Assembly: GCA_013239625.1 (NCBI GenBank) | Contig: MU054212.1 | Coordinates: forward strand, 1,178,001 to 1,242,000 | DNA from: Lama guanicoe | Lineage: Eukaryota | Length of the DNA stretch: 64,000 nt | Direction: 5' to 3' | Shown here: positions 10,136 through 21,620 of the stretch, piece after piece | Position numbering within the stretch: the stretch's first letter is position 1 | Layout of the letters: each line of letters starts with the position of its first letter | Notes under the pieces: generated by a model | Database searches by the model: none | Seen by the model: only the letters and a program-made list of their open reading frames with translations | Told to the model about the DNA's origin: nothing | Program-made: the position numbers and the translations under genes

Positions 10136-12186
10136 CTGGAAGAACCGCCAGATGAACAAGACTCAGGCGTTTCAAAAAGAACATCCTTACAGCTTGTGAA
10201 AGCAGCAGCATGGACTGCACAGCATCAGAACATAAACATCACGAGGGCTGTGGCTTCTCATCCTTCGTCCTCGGCTTCCATCACGGCGCAGGAGCCGCCA
10301 AACACGGGCCGAGGGCGACCACGTGCCTGAGCCTCGTGAGCTCTGCGTTCAGCGTCATGCGCTTTCAGGGCATTACTATCATCACCAGCACCGTCATCAT
10401 CAGTCTTTACAATCGTGTTCTAACATTTTTAACGCTTTTTTAAAAGACCAAATAACTCATTTGAGTAGTTACTGGAACATTATGAGAGTAAGAAAAGGTT
10501 ACATTCTTGGAGCCGTTAACTAAATGTATCCATGACACAAACCAGCAGGGATCCTGAAAGCATTTACTACAAAGAGGATTTAAAAAGATGTCAGGCCGAA
10601 AAGGAAACCCCCATATCCTCTGGCTACCCCGCCTCAGGCTGGGCTGGGAGCGCAGCTCTCTATATATTTAGTCTTTATGTAACAAACGTACGAAGACAAT
10701 TACCACGGTTTTAGATATAAAGAACTTAAGCCTTTGGACAGTTGTCATGTTCCCAATGTCACAGCTGCCAAATGTAGAACTACAGACTGAGAGATGCAGG
10801 TCCAAAAACAGCAGCCAGGAGGGGAGAGCATGGATGATGACAAGCTTCCTGCGGCATCTGAAGACGCATCAGTGAGCTGAGGCAGCTCGGGGCACACGGG
10901 GAGGTGAGAGACCAGCCGGGAGCGACTGCGTGAGAATGGTTTCTCTCTGCAAGGGAGGGGTGAGGCCATTCCTCACAGAGGCCCACTGGGGAGGTGCAGA
11001 GAACGGGGCGGGACTCTGGAACTTCGCCAACGCCCTTCACCGTCCCCCTACCCCACCTCTGTGAATGGAGGGTGCGGCGGGCTCCAGGGCCCTGGATCGT
11101 TTCCTCCTCTGGCCCCGTCAGATTGCAGTCACTGCAAAGAGGTGTCTGCCCCCTTGTCCCCCCTGCCCAGGTAAAGGAAAGGCAGCAGGGACACGGGGTG
11201 TGAGGAGGAGCGCAGAACAGTGATTTACAGAGAAGCCGCTCATCCACACACCCGTTTTTCAGGAAGGTCAGGGCTTCCCAAACTTCGGCACATGTCCGAG
11301 TGGCCCCAAGTGCCCCAGAGAGCTCGGAGGCTACGCTGGGACAGGCTTGGGTGGACAGGAGGGACCTCGGCGTCTTTACCACGAGCCCCTGACTGCTGTC
11401 AACTCATCTGGTACGTGGGTGCTACTATGTCCCCATCTTACAAACGAAGGCGCTGAGGCCAAGAGAGGGAGGGGATCTGCTTTAGACTGAACTGCTCGGA
11501 AGCGGTGGAGGCAAGATTCTAACCAGTTTGCGCTCGAACCGAGACATGGGTCACTAGCAAGTCACCATCCTCCCGCGCTCCCTGTGCAAACAGGTGCGAC
11601 CTTTCCTGAGCTCACAGTGTGCCCGGCCCTGGGGCCCTGCAGTCAGGAGTGTGGGCCCAGCCCCTGGGAGGTCTGTCGGGACAGTAACTGTCCCAGTAGG
11701 AAGCAGCTCACTAAGAGGGGGGCAGCCGTCCAGGAACGACCCCCTCCCCTGCGATGCTCTCAACTTCAGGGATTTCGTGACAAGGAAGAGGGCAACGATA
11801 CTGTGGAGAGGCATGATAATGGAAGGTGGTCACTCTGGGTGAATGTCAAATAGTCAAACGATCTCAACTTGAAATGCACAGAAACAAAGCGGAGGAAGAG
11901 AACACTTGTCTCACTAAGGCGAACTCCAGCCTTCCAGGGCGATGTGAATTCAACGCTGCACGTGCAAGCGCACGGCGCACACCCACACTCTGCGTGAGAC
12001 TACATCAAACATCACGACCAGAGCAGATGATCTGTGCACTGAGAAGGGTCTAGGAGAAACACTACTGCACCAGCAACAAGTATAAAAAGGTCACACGGGG
12101 ACCCACTCACAGGCCACCTCCAAAAGGATCAGCACAAATTTAAAGAGGCCAGTGACTCCTTCGATACCACCTTATGGGATGTTCAC

Positions 12187-12313
12187 CTGTTTGCTGTTCT
12201 TCTTCTCTTCGGTATTTTTCTTGTCATTTTTTTTGTAAGCGTCGAATGTGGCGGGGTCAACACTGTACAAACATTCTGTCCACTTCCCATAGAGAGCACA
12301 GAGCTTCTTTTTG
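12187..12313 (-). CDS. OSBPL1A: OSBPL1A exon: (S)KKKLCALYGKWTECLYSVDPATFDAYKKNDKKNTEEKKNSKQ
   Basis: cttgacag|C ... CAG|gtgaac, 127 nt, phases 2/0. Contains the GKW motif. Confidence 0.95.
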
Positions 12314-12552
12314 CTGTCAAGAGAAACTGATGTTTAGCCAAAAATTAAACCAGTCTTTTGCTGTAACTGAATATTGTTACAAAGATGCTTATGAATCAGA
12401 TTCTTTAAAGAAATCTTTCTTCCCTGCAGAAGAAAGATTTTTTTCTATTTACTGAAAGTGGCAGGTAATGGGAGATTTTAATAATGACATTTTATTTAGT
12501 GAAGTAATTTAGTGAACTATATACTACTCAACATTTAAAAGAGAAACTTTAC

Positions 12553-12642
12553 CTTTTATCTTGAATGAAGCCTTCAACTTTGTGTAATTCCTTACCAAAA
12601 AGGCCGCACGGCTTAAAATTCAACACACACTTGTCCCCAGTC
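12553..12642 (-). CDS. OSBPL1A: OSBPL1A exon: (K)TGDKCVLNFKPCGLFGKELHKVEGFIQDK(S)
   Basis: tttgtag|G ... AG|gtaaag, 90 nt, phases 2/2. Confidence 0.96.
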
Positions 12643-12851
12643 CTACAAAGGAGACAGTAAGCTCAGGTTACCATTCAGCACGTGAGCAGCAGTAGGGGAC
12701 AGTGACCACGATCACCTTTCTAGCAGCAGCCGCTGTTTACTGATTTTCCAAGCCATGCCAGCCTCCAGGGTTACCATGATTAACCCATAAGCAGTACTGG
12801 CCCCACCGTGAAGAAAAGGTAACCAAGGCTGGTAAGGAATAAGCGACTTGC

Positions 12852-13184
12852 TGCTATGGAATGAACGTCCCCTGGATGTACAAAACACACGGTGAAGCCC
12901 TAAGCCCCTGCGCGAGGGCGCCTGGGGGTGACTGGGTCAGAAGGGTGGAACCCACACGAACGGGATCAGCGCTCTTACAAGAAGAGCCGGGGAGATGATC
13001 TCTCCCTGCCATGTGACCATCTGAGAAGATGGCCAGACCAGGAAGAGGGCCTTCACCGAACAAATCTGCCAGCACCCTGCCCTGGACGCCCAGCCTCCAG
13101 AACCCTGAGTAATCAGCTTCCGCCGTGAGCCGCCCGTCTGCAGTGACTTGTTCCAGCAGCCGAGCCGACCAAGAGGCTGAGACA
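12852..13184 (+). mobile_element. MLT1A-like MaLR solo LTR inserted in a MIR
   Basis: TGCTATGG...GAGACA termini, internal cccagcctccagaac, and a perfect 5-bp TSD cttgc (12847-12851 and 13185-13189). Confidence 0.85.
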
Positions 13185-13517
13185 CTTGCCTAAGGTCACA
13201 AAGTAGGATCTGACCCCAACTCTCCCTACCGTCTGCCCACGTGCGAACACCACAAACTAAGCAATGTCAGCAAAATGAGCGGAGGGAGGTGGGAATGAAG
13301 CCTCACGAGGCTGCAGAAGCGCGGAGCTCGCCCATCTCCCCAGCCAGACACTGTAGTACCAACTCTGTCCATTAAGCGGACGGGCTTCTATTTACTCTAG
13401 AGTTACACTGCCTGGTTCTTAAACTGTCATCAGTGTCTACTAGAGTGTTTGAAAAAAGACCACTGGGACCCTCTGATGACAACTGAGGGGACAGGTGAGG
13501 ACCCTGAAGAGTCTTAC

Positions 13518-13625
13518 TTGTGGTTTGTGATCTCCACGTTGCCGTACTGCTCAATCCAGAGTTTGCCCACAATGATGTTATGGACACAGCAGGTGGGATT
13601 TGTCCACGTGTACGCCTCATTGTGT
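13518..13625 (-). CDS. OSBPL1A: OSBPL1A exon: (E)HNEAYTWTNPTCCVHNIIVGKLWIEQYGNVEITNH(K)
   Basis: ttttag|A ... AA|gtaaga, 108 nt. Contains the ORD motif VHNIIVGKLW. Confidence 0.96.
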
Positions 13626-14089
13626 CTAAAAAACAAAAAGAAAATCAAAGCCCAGGAAAATCAATGAGAAGTGTTATTTGGTTTAAAAAGTGCACTGGCC
13701 TCAAACGCCATGACTCAGCATAACAAATCAGACTGCGGGAGATGACTGCGTTCTAAGACTTTACAACTCGATCGGTGTTCACTCACAGTACAGTAGGTGT
13801 CATTGGATGACTCTTGTTGTTTCTTAAAAGGATGCAAAAACTTAAGAAAAAATTCTGTAGTTCCACCAAACTCCAAATAAACTATGTATATAATCATCTT
13901 AAGCATTCAAAAGTTTGGTGGGAACATAAAAAATAAAATCAGAGGTAGAAGAAAAAAAAATGAAGGTCTATTTAGTACTTTGCAGAGAGAGAGCGTGCCT
14001 GCCAGCTCACCAAAGGGAAAACTTGTGTATGTGAGTAAGCTCCAATTCTACACATCCTTTGCCTTCGAAAACATGCTGTACACCTTTAT

Positions 14090-15210
14090 GTATTTGTTTG
14101 AATTTACTTTTAATTTACAGACAGTAAAATTCACTTGTTGGTGTATATAGTTCTGTGAGTTTTAACACAAGCACAAATCTTTATAACCACCACCACCATC
14201 AGATTATAAAGCAATTCCATCACCCTCCTCACAAACTCTCTCATGCTGCCCCTCTGCAGTCAATCCCTCCCCACCACAAATTAACCCCTGAAAAACTCAC
14301 TTGTTCTCCACTGCGATTGTTTTGCATTTTCCAGAATGTCATATAAATGGGCTAATATGCTATGGAACTTTATGAGATTAGCTTCTTCATTTGTAATGCA
14401 TTTTCAATTCCATGTATCAATAATTTGTTCTTTTTTATTTCTGAGTAGTATTCCACTGTATGGATGTACCACAGTTTAATCACTTACTGAAACTGTTGAG
14501 TATGTTTTTCTGTGCTTATTTGCCATTCATCTATCTCTTTGGTGAAGGATCTATTCACATCTTTTGCCTAGTTTCTTACTGGGTTGTTTGTTTTTTTATT
14601 GTTGAGTTTAGAGAATTCTTTCAATATTCTGCATACAAGTACTTTGTTGATATGATTTGCAAATAATATCTACCCATCTGTAGCTTGCCCCTTCATTCTC
14701 TGAAGTGTTTTTCACAGAGAAAAGTTTTTCATTTTGATAAAATAATCTAATTTATCAGTTTTGTCTTTTCTAAACTGTGCTCTGGTATTGTCTGTAAGAT
14801 GTCATCGCCTAATCCAAGGTCATAAAGATCTCCTATGTTCTCTTCCAAAGAAAGTACATTAGATTTTAGTTTATGATCTATTTGGAGTTCATGTTTGTTT
14901 AAGGTGTGAGATGTAAGTTGAGGTTCATTTTTTAAACATGGGCGTGTCCAACTGCCCCCACACCATCTGTGGAAAGGACTATATCATTTTTCACTGAAAT
15001 TGTGTCTGTGCCTTTGTCAAAAATCAATTGACCGCATTTCTGTGGGTAGGTGTTGGGACTCTCTTCTCTGTCCCACTGATGTATGTGTCTGTCCTTTGGC
15101 CAATACCACACTGTCTGTAGGTAGCCTTTTTCATTTTGTTGATGGTTTCCTTTATTGTGTGTGTTCCTTTATTTTTTAATTTGATGTAGTCTCACTTGTT
15201 TATTTTTGCT
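14090..15210 (-). mobile_element. Old L1 (L1MC/L1MB-like) 3'UTR plus ORF2 fragments
   Basis: gagtagtattccactgtatggatgtaccacagttt, ctttgtcaaaaatcaattgacc and tttgatgtagtctcacttgtttatttttgct are antisense L1 motifs. Confidence 0.8.
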
Positions 15211-15465
15211 CCATTTTATCTTAAAACAGATCCAAACACACATCACAGTGGAACATCAAGTTAAACTTTTTACATATATACCTAGGCTGATTAACAGTGG
15301 CTCCTGCCAGGCTCTCAAGTTCTTTTACATGAAGGCAGGTAATTTACACTTTGTAAAAGTGGTTTCTTTTTCTCCAGCTTTTGAACAAGGCCGGGTCTGT
15401 GTGCACGTGTATGTACTTATGAGCAGGTACACAGGAAAAAAGTTAAAGTCTTGACTGCAACTCAC

Positions 15466-15648
15466 TCAAGGAGCTCCAACGTGATGGTTCCTTTGGGTTC
15501 CGCTTCTACACTCTTCCCCCAGAACTTCAGTTTGGGATAAATTGAGCCATGAAAGATGAAATCATTGTTTAATCCTTCAGCATGAAATGCACTAATAGGT
15601 GGGTGATGGCTGACCTGCTCGGAGATGAGTCTGAAACCAAGGTCATCT
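15466..15648 (-). CDS. OSBPL1A: OSBPL1A exon with OSBP fingerprint: (R)DDLGFRLISEQVSHHPPISAFHAEG...PKGTITLELL(E)
   Basis: T17 tract, then aaccttaag|A ... GA|gtgagt, 183 nt. EQVSHHPP at 15620-15597. Confidence 0.97.
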
Positions 15649-16502
15649 CTTAAGGTTAAAAAAAAAAAAAAAAAGGCAACACTGTAATTAACTCTTTTCA
15701 TAGAATGTGTACATTATTGTCATTTCAGTCAAAAAGCAATGTTACAGTATTATTAAGGAGACAGATTTCACAAAGTAAACAATTCTGTTATCATCCTGAT
15801 GACTAAAGAACAACATATGAGACCTGCAGGAATGCAACCCTAACTCCAGTGCTATGAGAAATCTCACTACTTAAACATATTAAGTAGCACTCAAGTGAAC
15901 AGGGGTGATTTTCATGAATTGACCATATTAGCTGTGGAAATTTAAAACTTATCATTCTATTCATATTAAGATAGAAGAATCTAATGTGCCCCCTCTTTCA
16001 AACATCTAGGGAATGAATGAGACCAAAACTTGTGGAGCGAAGAGGAAGACTCAGAAAAACTAAAGTCAAATAAATTCCCTAATTGTGTGGAAAGAAGCAA
16101 GCTACAACGGGCAGCCAGAACTGCACCCGCAGATAAAGTCACTGCCTTCCTGCCAACAGTACAAGTTTATGCTAATATATTTTATATATTAAGAAAAAAA
16201 TCATGTCTTCTGGTCTACAAAAGGAGAAAAGGATAACTGATCCCACATGATCAGAATACTGACATTCTTATCATTACTATTAATAACGGTTCACTTTTAA
16301 ATGGTTCCATATTTTTATATAGTCTCTAAAACAGTAAGTACCATAGAAACAAGCATTAAAATTGTTAGCTTTCTCCAGTCATCCAAAATGTTGGTAATGC
16401 TCAAAAAATGTATTTTCAAATGAAAACATAACATTTTTACCTGGAAAGCTACATAAATTATGCAGATTCAACTACCTGCCTGGAACAGAGTGAAGAGCTT
16501 AC

Positions 16503-16600
16503 CGAACTAACTCATAAGTCTCTCCCAGAAGTGGGTTGAAAGGCTTTCCAGTGCGTTCCCACTGAGAAGCAACAGCCGACACAGCGAATGCAGCCACACA
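16503..16600 (-). CDS. OSBPL1A: OSBPL1A exon: CVAAFAVSAVASQWERTGKPFNPLLGETYELV(R)
   Basis: gcacag|TGT ... CG|gtaagc, 98 nt. Contains the ORD motif KPFNPLLGETYE. Confidence 0.97.
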
Positions 16601-17599
16601 CTGTGCGAGAGAGCATTAGGAGAAGTTAAAAATAGCCCAGCTTGCACCTCATCTTTATGGAACTAAAATTTTGCTGAAGACAGTAATTTACAAAACAATT
16701 TTGAGGCATTTAATTAATTTGTATTTTTGCCTTGGCTTAATAAGCAACTTAACAAGTAAATGTGGACATTCACAATGCAAACTGAGTCTCTTCCTATGGG
16801 TCATTCCCAACCATGGTTTTTGTAACACCTCAAGAGTGCTACAACTTCTTTCAAGGACTTAAAAAAACTCCCAAAGCCCCAATTACTCTTAGTTCCTTTA
16901 AAATTTCTCAAAAGTACAACCTTTTAGGATAGGGGCAAAGATATAAAACTAAAATTGGTATCAAGTCCAGTGAGGTTGGGAAAAGATGATTTATATAAAT
17001 GAAAGAACAGAAAGACTCCACTTAGAATGCTATCGCTTTGTTTGAAGGAAATATACTCTACTCTCCCCGAATCTAGTCCATCCATTTACATCACATAAAC
17101 ATCTTCTCCTCAAAAGAAAATTAAGTGCAATTCCTGGTTGTCTTGTTTTAACCTATAGCAGTTATGTGTCTATTTATAAACACACATGTGCATAAATACA
17201 CATATTTATGTGTGTATGTACATTCATTCCTTCCTGGAAACACTCTGAAAGGGTCTGAAACAAAGGTTGCATTTTCTTTACCTTGAACACAATGATATTT
17301 TCTAAAATGAAGACTCAGAAACAGCTCACCAGCATCTGGGTTTGGTTTTGGACCACGTTTTGCTTCTCTTGGAATTCTCACTGGTCTTTCCACTATGGCG
17401 GCACTCTGACCACAGGGTGGCGGGGGAAGAACACGGAGGACACGCCAAACATGCTGATTACGTTTTAATACCATTTCCCAACCTCACAATGGACTCAACA
17501 TGAATTTTGTGTTTGTGTGTTGGGGTGGGGGGTAGGAGAGAGGTGGCAGAGAAGTCTTTCTAAGGCTTAAACCTTTTTAAGTGCTTGCCTGACACATAC

Positions 17600-17734
17600 C
17601 TGCATCCTTTCCACAGGATCAGCAAGAGAACTGGCCTTGTGGATGAGGTATGTGTGCTCCATATACTCAGTGAGTCGCTGAAGGAAGCTCAAAGGCTCAT
17701 TAAATATAACTGGCATGGTGATCTTGGAGAGTTC
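17600..17734 (-). CDS. OSBPL1A: OSBPL1A exon: ELSKITMPVIFNEPLSFLQRLTEYMEHTYLIHKASSLADPVERMQ
   Basis: tgactag|GAA ... CAG|gtatgt, 135 nt, phases 0/0. Contains the motif MPVxFNEPLSFLQR. Confidence 0.97.
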
Positions 17735-17859
17735 CTAGTCAAGGAGAAAATGGAAACTGTGATGTCCCACATACATACACAGCAAACTTCTCTGCTGCCA
17801 TCTTTAAGTAACATGTTCCTGGAAAGGAAGTCGTAGAAGACAGCAACCCTTGAAATTTA

Positions 17860-18260
17860 ATTAGTATCAGTTCAGTTTCACAAATCTTTCCAGAACACCT
17901 AACAATATGGATGGAGTATATTGTTCTAGGCCTTGAAGGAAATACAAAGACTACTCAAACATTCTCCTTGGCTTCAAGGAGCTCGCGATCAACTGGAGAG
18001 CAATGAGGTGAGGAGGATGAATAAGACTGCCTTAGATCAGATATGGCCCATAAAGGTGATGGGACACAAAGACCAAAAATCTTCATAGTAGTTTCTAAGA
18101 AGCACCACAGATACCATTTTTGTAGATATTTTTCCAAAGAAATTTCAGGCTATTTTTGACTGAGAACAGTGAGGTTTTCTGAGCACACCAAATCTACTAT
18201 ACATTGTGAACTGGGGTACTAGAGGGCTCTTGTGTATTTCACAGAAGAGGTTTTAAATTC
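17860..18260 (-). mobile_element. Degraded L2 fragment
   Basis: ttccagaacacctaacaatatg...ttctccttggcttcaaggagctcgcgatcaactggagag resembles the reversed L2 3' end. Confidence 0.45.
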
Positions 18261-19284
18261 TGTCTGCTGGAATGACACAATCATAGACTTCCAAAGATAA
18301 TCTGATGATTGGGCAGGGGTCTTTGGACCAGAAGAGCAACCTTTCAACTCTGTTTACCTTATCCTGCCAGCAAATAAGAGCACCATGAGAGCTTTAAAAA
18401 AATTCATTAGGTAACAAACTTATCTTGGTTTTCTCTGGAATATTCTGATGGTCTTCCCAAACTTCCACATACCATTATTTACCTTCCCTGTGGGAATCAG
18501 ATTCTGTTTCACAAAGCCTGCTGATCATTCGTTCACATGGTCAGGGGAACATTCGCAAGGCGCCATCCAGGTTGAATGCCACCTGTCTTAGTTCTGACTT
18601 TCCCCCTCCCCAAACATTCACATTCTTACCAAACTGCACAACTGAAAATAAAGTAACCCCCACAAAACTATAACCAGAATGTATTAAAAAAAAAAAAACA
18701 AGAGCTGATTCTTTATCATAAAGTACTGCAGAACACAGACAGACATGTAGCAGCTCAATCTAGGTAAAAGAAATGGTAGGTTTATTGCTGCCTCACGGGA
18801 GGACGGGGGAAAAGGAATGTACAAAATGATAAAGAAAACAAAGCTCCACTATATACACCCTGACATCTCGGGAAACGCAGAACTTCACCGCTGGGGCCAA
18901 GTCAAGGGAGCTGGGGCTGCCAAGGCTTGTCTTTACTGCGATGTCTCAGGCTCTCCTCCTTCTACTTAAAAATTATCTTCATTGTTTTTTTTTTTCCTTA
19001 AAAAAAAAAAAGCTAACAGAGGAATACATAATTCTCAGTAATGGAAGTAAAACACGCAAATACTCTTCTTATCAGAGGCAAAGTACCACCAACAGTTTGG
19101 GACACACTGCTGTGTATTTTCACATCCGTGTGAGTATACACATACATCTTATTGGATATTTTTTAATGCATGGGACCTGCTCCATGTATTGACTCACTGT
19201 TTGTCTTTTTTTGCTGTTACTGGGTCGTGGCTGCTTACACACATGGATGGCACCTCACTGAGTCTGTCAAGTCCTTTGTCACCG

Positions 19285-19525
19285 CTGCATTGTGTAACGA
19301 AAAGACCTCAGAACCAGACTGAGTTCCTCTGTGAGCTTTGTCGTTTACAAACTGTGTGATTGTGGCCAAGTTAAACTCTGCCAGTTTCCTTCTCCATGAC
19401 ATGGTGCTAACATAACAGCGTATATGATATAATCTACCACAAGGCCTTGTTGTAAGCCTAATAGCTGCACAACACTTGCAACAGTTCTGGGCACATGAGG
19501 AACCGCTATATGTACTTGCTAATTT
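19285..19525 (+). mobile_element. MIR SINE within old L1ME-like sequence
   Basis: tgtgtgattgtggccaagttaaactctgccagtttccttctccatgacatgg is a MIR-like core. Confidence 0.55.
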
Positions 19526-19879
19526 TTTTTTAAAGTCTATATAGATATACCACGAACTATTTAATCATATCTTTTAGAACATGAGCAAATATGGTTCTAG
19601 AGCAAATTTCTGTTAAGTGGGGTTTCTGGGTCAAAGGTGTGCGCTCATTTAAAATGTTTAGTTACTACCAAGCTGAATGCCTTCCAAAAGCCTTCATCAA
19701 TCTGTTCTCCTACCAATGCTGCTTGGAAGTTAGATTTGCTTTTCACGTCAAAGGGACGGGCACTATTTCCAATCTGTCCATTCAGTTCTGTTCACTCTGT
19801 CTTCAAACAGATATTTACTTGAAGAATACTCAAATGCAATGGTGCTGAGCAGGTCACTTACAACTTCAGCATGAAGATG

Positions 19880-20895
19880 AAAAGACAACAGTATTAAAAA
19901 TAATTATAAGTACAGTAATTTGTTAATGGATACACTATGTAAAAAGATACAAACTGTAACACCAAAAACAAAAAACGGCAAGGAGTATAAAAATGTGGAG
20001 TATTTGTATGTGTTTCAAGTAAATTTGTTATTAGTTTAAAATAGGCTATTCTAACTATAAGATGTTTTATGTAAGCCTCAAGGTAACTACAAAGCAAAAA
20101 ACCTACCGTAGGTACACAAAAGATACAGGAAAAGGAAACAAAGCATACAAAGTACAGAAAAATCACATCACAAAGGACGAAAGCAAGAGTAAAGGAACAA
20201 ACGGATTGCAAAACAGCCAGAAAACAATGAACAAAATAGCAACAGAAATAAATAAAATAAATCCAGAAATAAATCTATGCATTATGGTCAATTAATTTTT
20301 GACAGAGGAGCCAAGAACATACAATGGAAACAACCTAAGTATCCATCAACAGATGAATGGTTCACGAGAACGTGGGGGGTATATATATACATATGTGCAT
20401 GAATATATATATGTATGAATATTATTCAGCCTTCCAAAGAAGGAAATCCAGCCATTTGTGACAGCATGGACGAACCTCGAGGGACTAATCATAAGTGAAA
20501 TAAACCACATAAAGATAAATTGCACGGTATCACACGTGTGTGAACCTTAAAAAAAAAAAGTCAAACCAATAGAAACACAGAAGATTGTTGCCAGGGGCTT
20601 CAGGGTGGAGAAAAACATGGAGAAGTTGGTAAGAGTATAAACGTACAGCTTTAAGATGAATTAGGTCTATAGAACAGGGTGACATTACCAAAGTTGATAA
20701 CACTGTTTTGTATTAATGAAATTTGCTGAGAGTGTAGAACTTAAATGTTCTCACCGAAAAAAAAAAAGATAAATATATGAGGGGATGGATGTGTTAAATC
20801 AACTTGATGGGGGAATCCTTTTACAATATACACATACATCCAATCATCTTGATGTATACTTTAAATATTTGTCAGTTAAACCTTAAAAAAAAAAA
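19880..20895 (+). mobile_element. Internally deleted L1 (L1MA-like): inter-ORF region, ORF2 pieces, 3'UTR and A-tail
   Basis: gatgttttatgtaagcctcaaggtaactac; caattaatttttgacagaggagccaagaac; caacctaagtatccatcaacagatgaatgg; A-tail at about 20885-20895. Confidence 0.85.
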
Positions 20896-20990
20896 CCCAC
20901 CAAGATCATCTCTTCTAAAGCAACTGCTATATAAAATATGCATTTAGAAATAAAATTGTTCCAAAATATCTTTTGAAAATATTTCAATTT

Positions 20991-21229
20991 AGGGGGTGGG
21001 AGACGGATAAATTAGGAGTTTGGGATTAGCAGATATAAACTATGATATATAAAACAGATAAACGACAAGATCCTATGGTGTACAGCACAGGGAATTATAT
21101 TAAATATCCTGCAATAAGTCATAATGGAAAAGAATATGAAAAAGAATCTATATTATGTATAACTGAATCACTCTGCTGTACACTAGAAGCTAACACAACA
21201 CTGTAAATCAACTATACGTCAAAAAAAAA
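20991..21229 (+). mobile_element. Artiodactyl-type L1 3' end (L1_Art-like)
   Basis: ggagtttgggattagcagata...gtacagcacagggaa...tataactgaatcactctgctgtacac...actgtaaatcaactatac plus A-tail. Confidence 0.85.
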
Positions 21230-21444
21230 GTTTCAAACAATTTTAATTTAGCACCTACTAGGTGCCAGACACTGATCAAAAGCCTTGTTACAGCCAGCCC
21301 TGACCTAGAATGCCCTGCTCTCTTCCCTTACCTGTTGTATATCCCACCCAGTAGGATTTCAAGGCCCAGTTCAAGTCTCTCCTCCTCAACTGTAACTCAT
21401 CAATTTCTTACCTCTTCCAGCTCCAGAAGTACCAGAATCCGTAC

Positions 21445-21620
21445 CTGGTTAACGGGAACGGAGTGTCAGTCCTGCGAGAGGGGACGAGCTCTGCGGGTGG
21501 ATGGTAGTGACAGCAGCCAGATGTGACTATGCATGTGCCACTGACCTGCCCACTTAAAAATGGTCCAAGTGGTATGATGTGTATTTTACTCCAATTTTTA
21601 AAAGAAAAAAGAAAAAAAGA
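21445..21620 (+). mobile_element. L1MB-like 3' end
   Basis: gtggatggtagtgacagc...tgccactgacctgcccacttaaaaatggt...tgtattttactccaattttta. Confidence 0.7.

Noticed and set aside
9777..10199. 140-aa + strand ORF and the extensions of the 157-aa - strand ORF
   Set aside because: Antisense shadow and intron read-through of exon 10019-10135 in GC-rich sequence.
10780..11382. 200-aa ORF on the - strand
   Set aside because: GC-rich intron, no recognisable domain, and not needed in the OSBPL1A exon chain. Consistent with chance.
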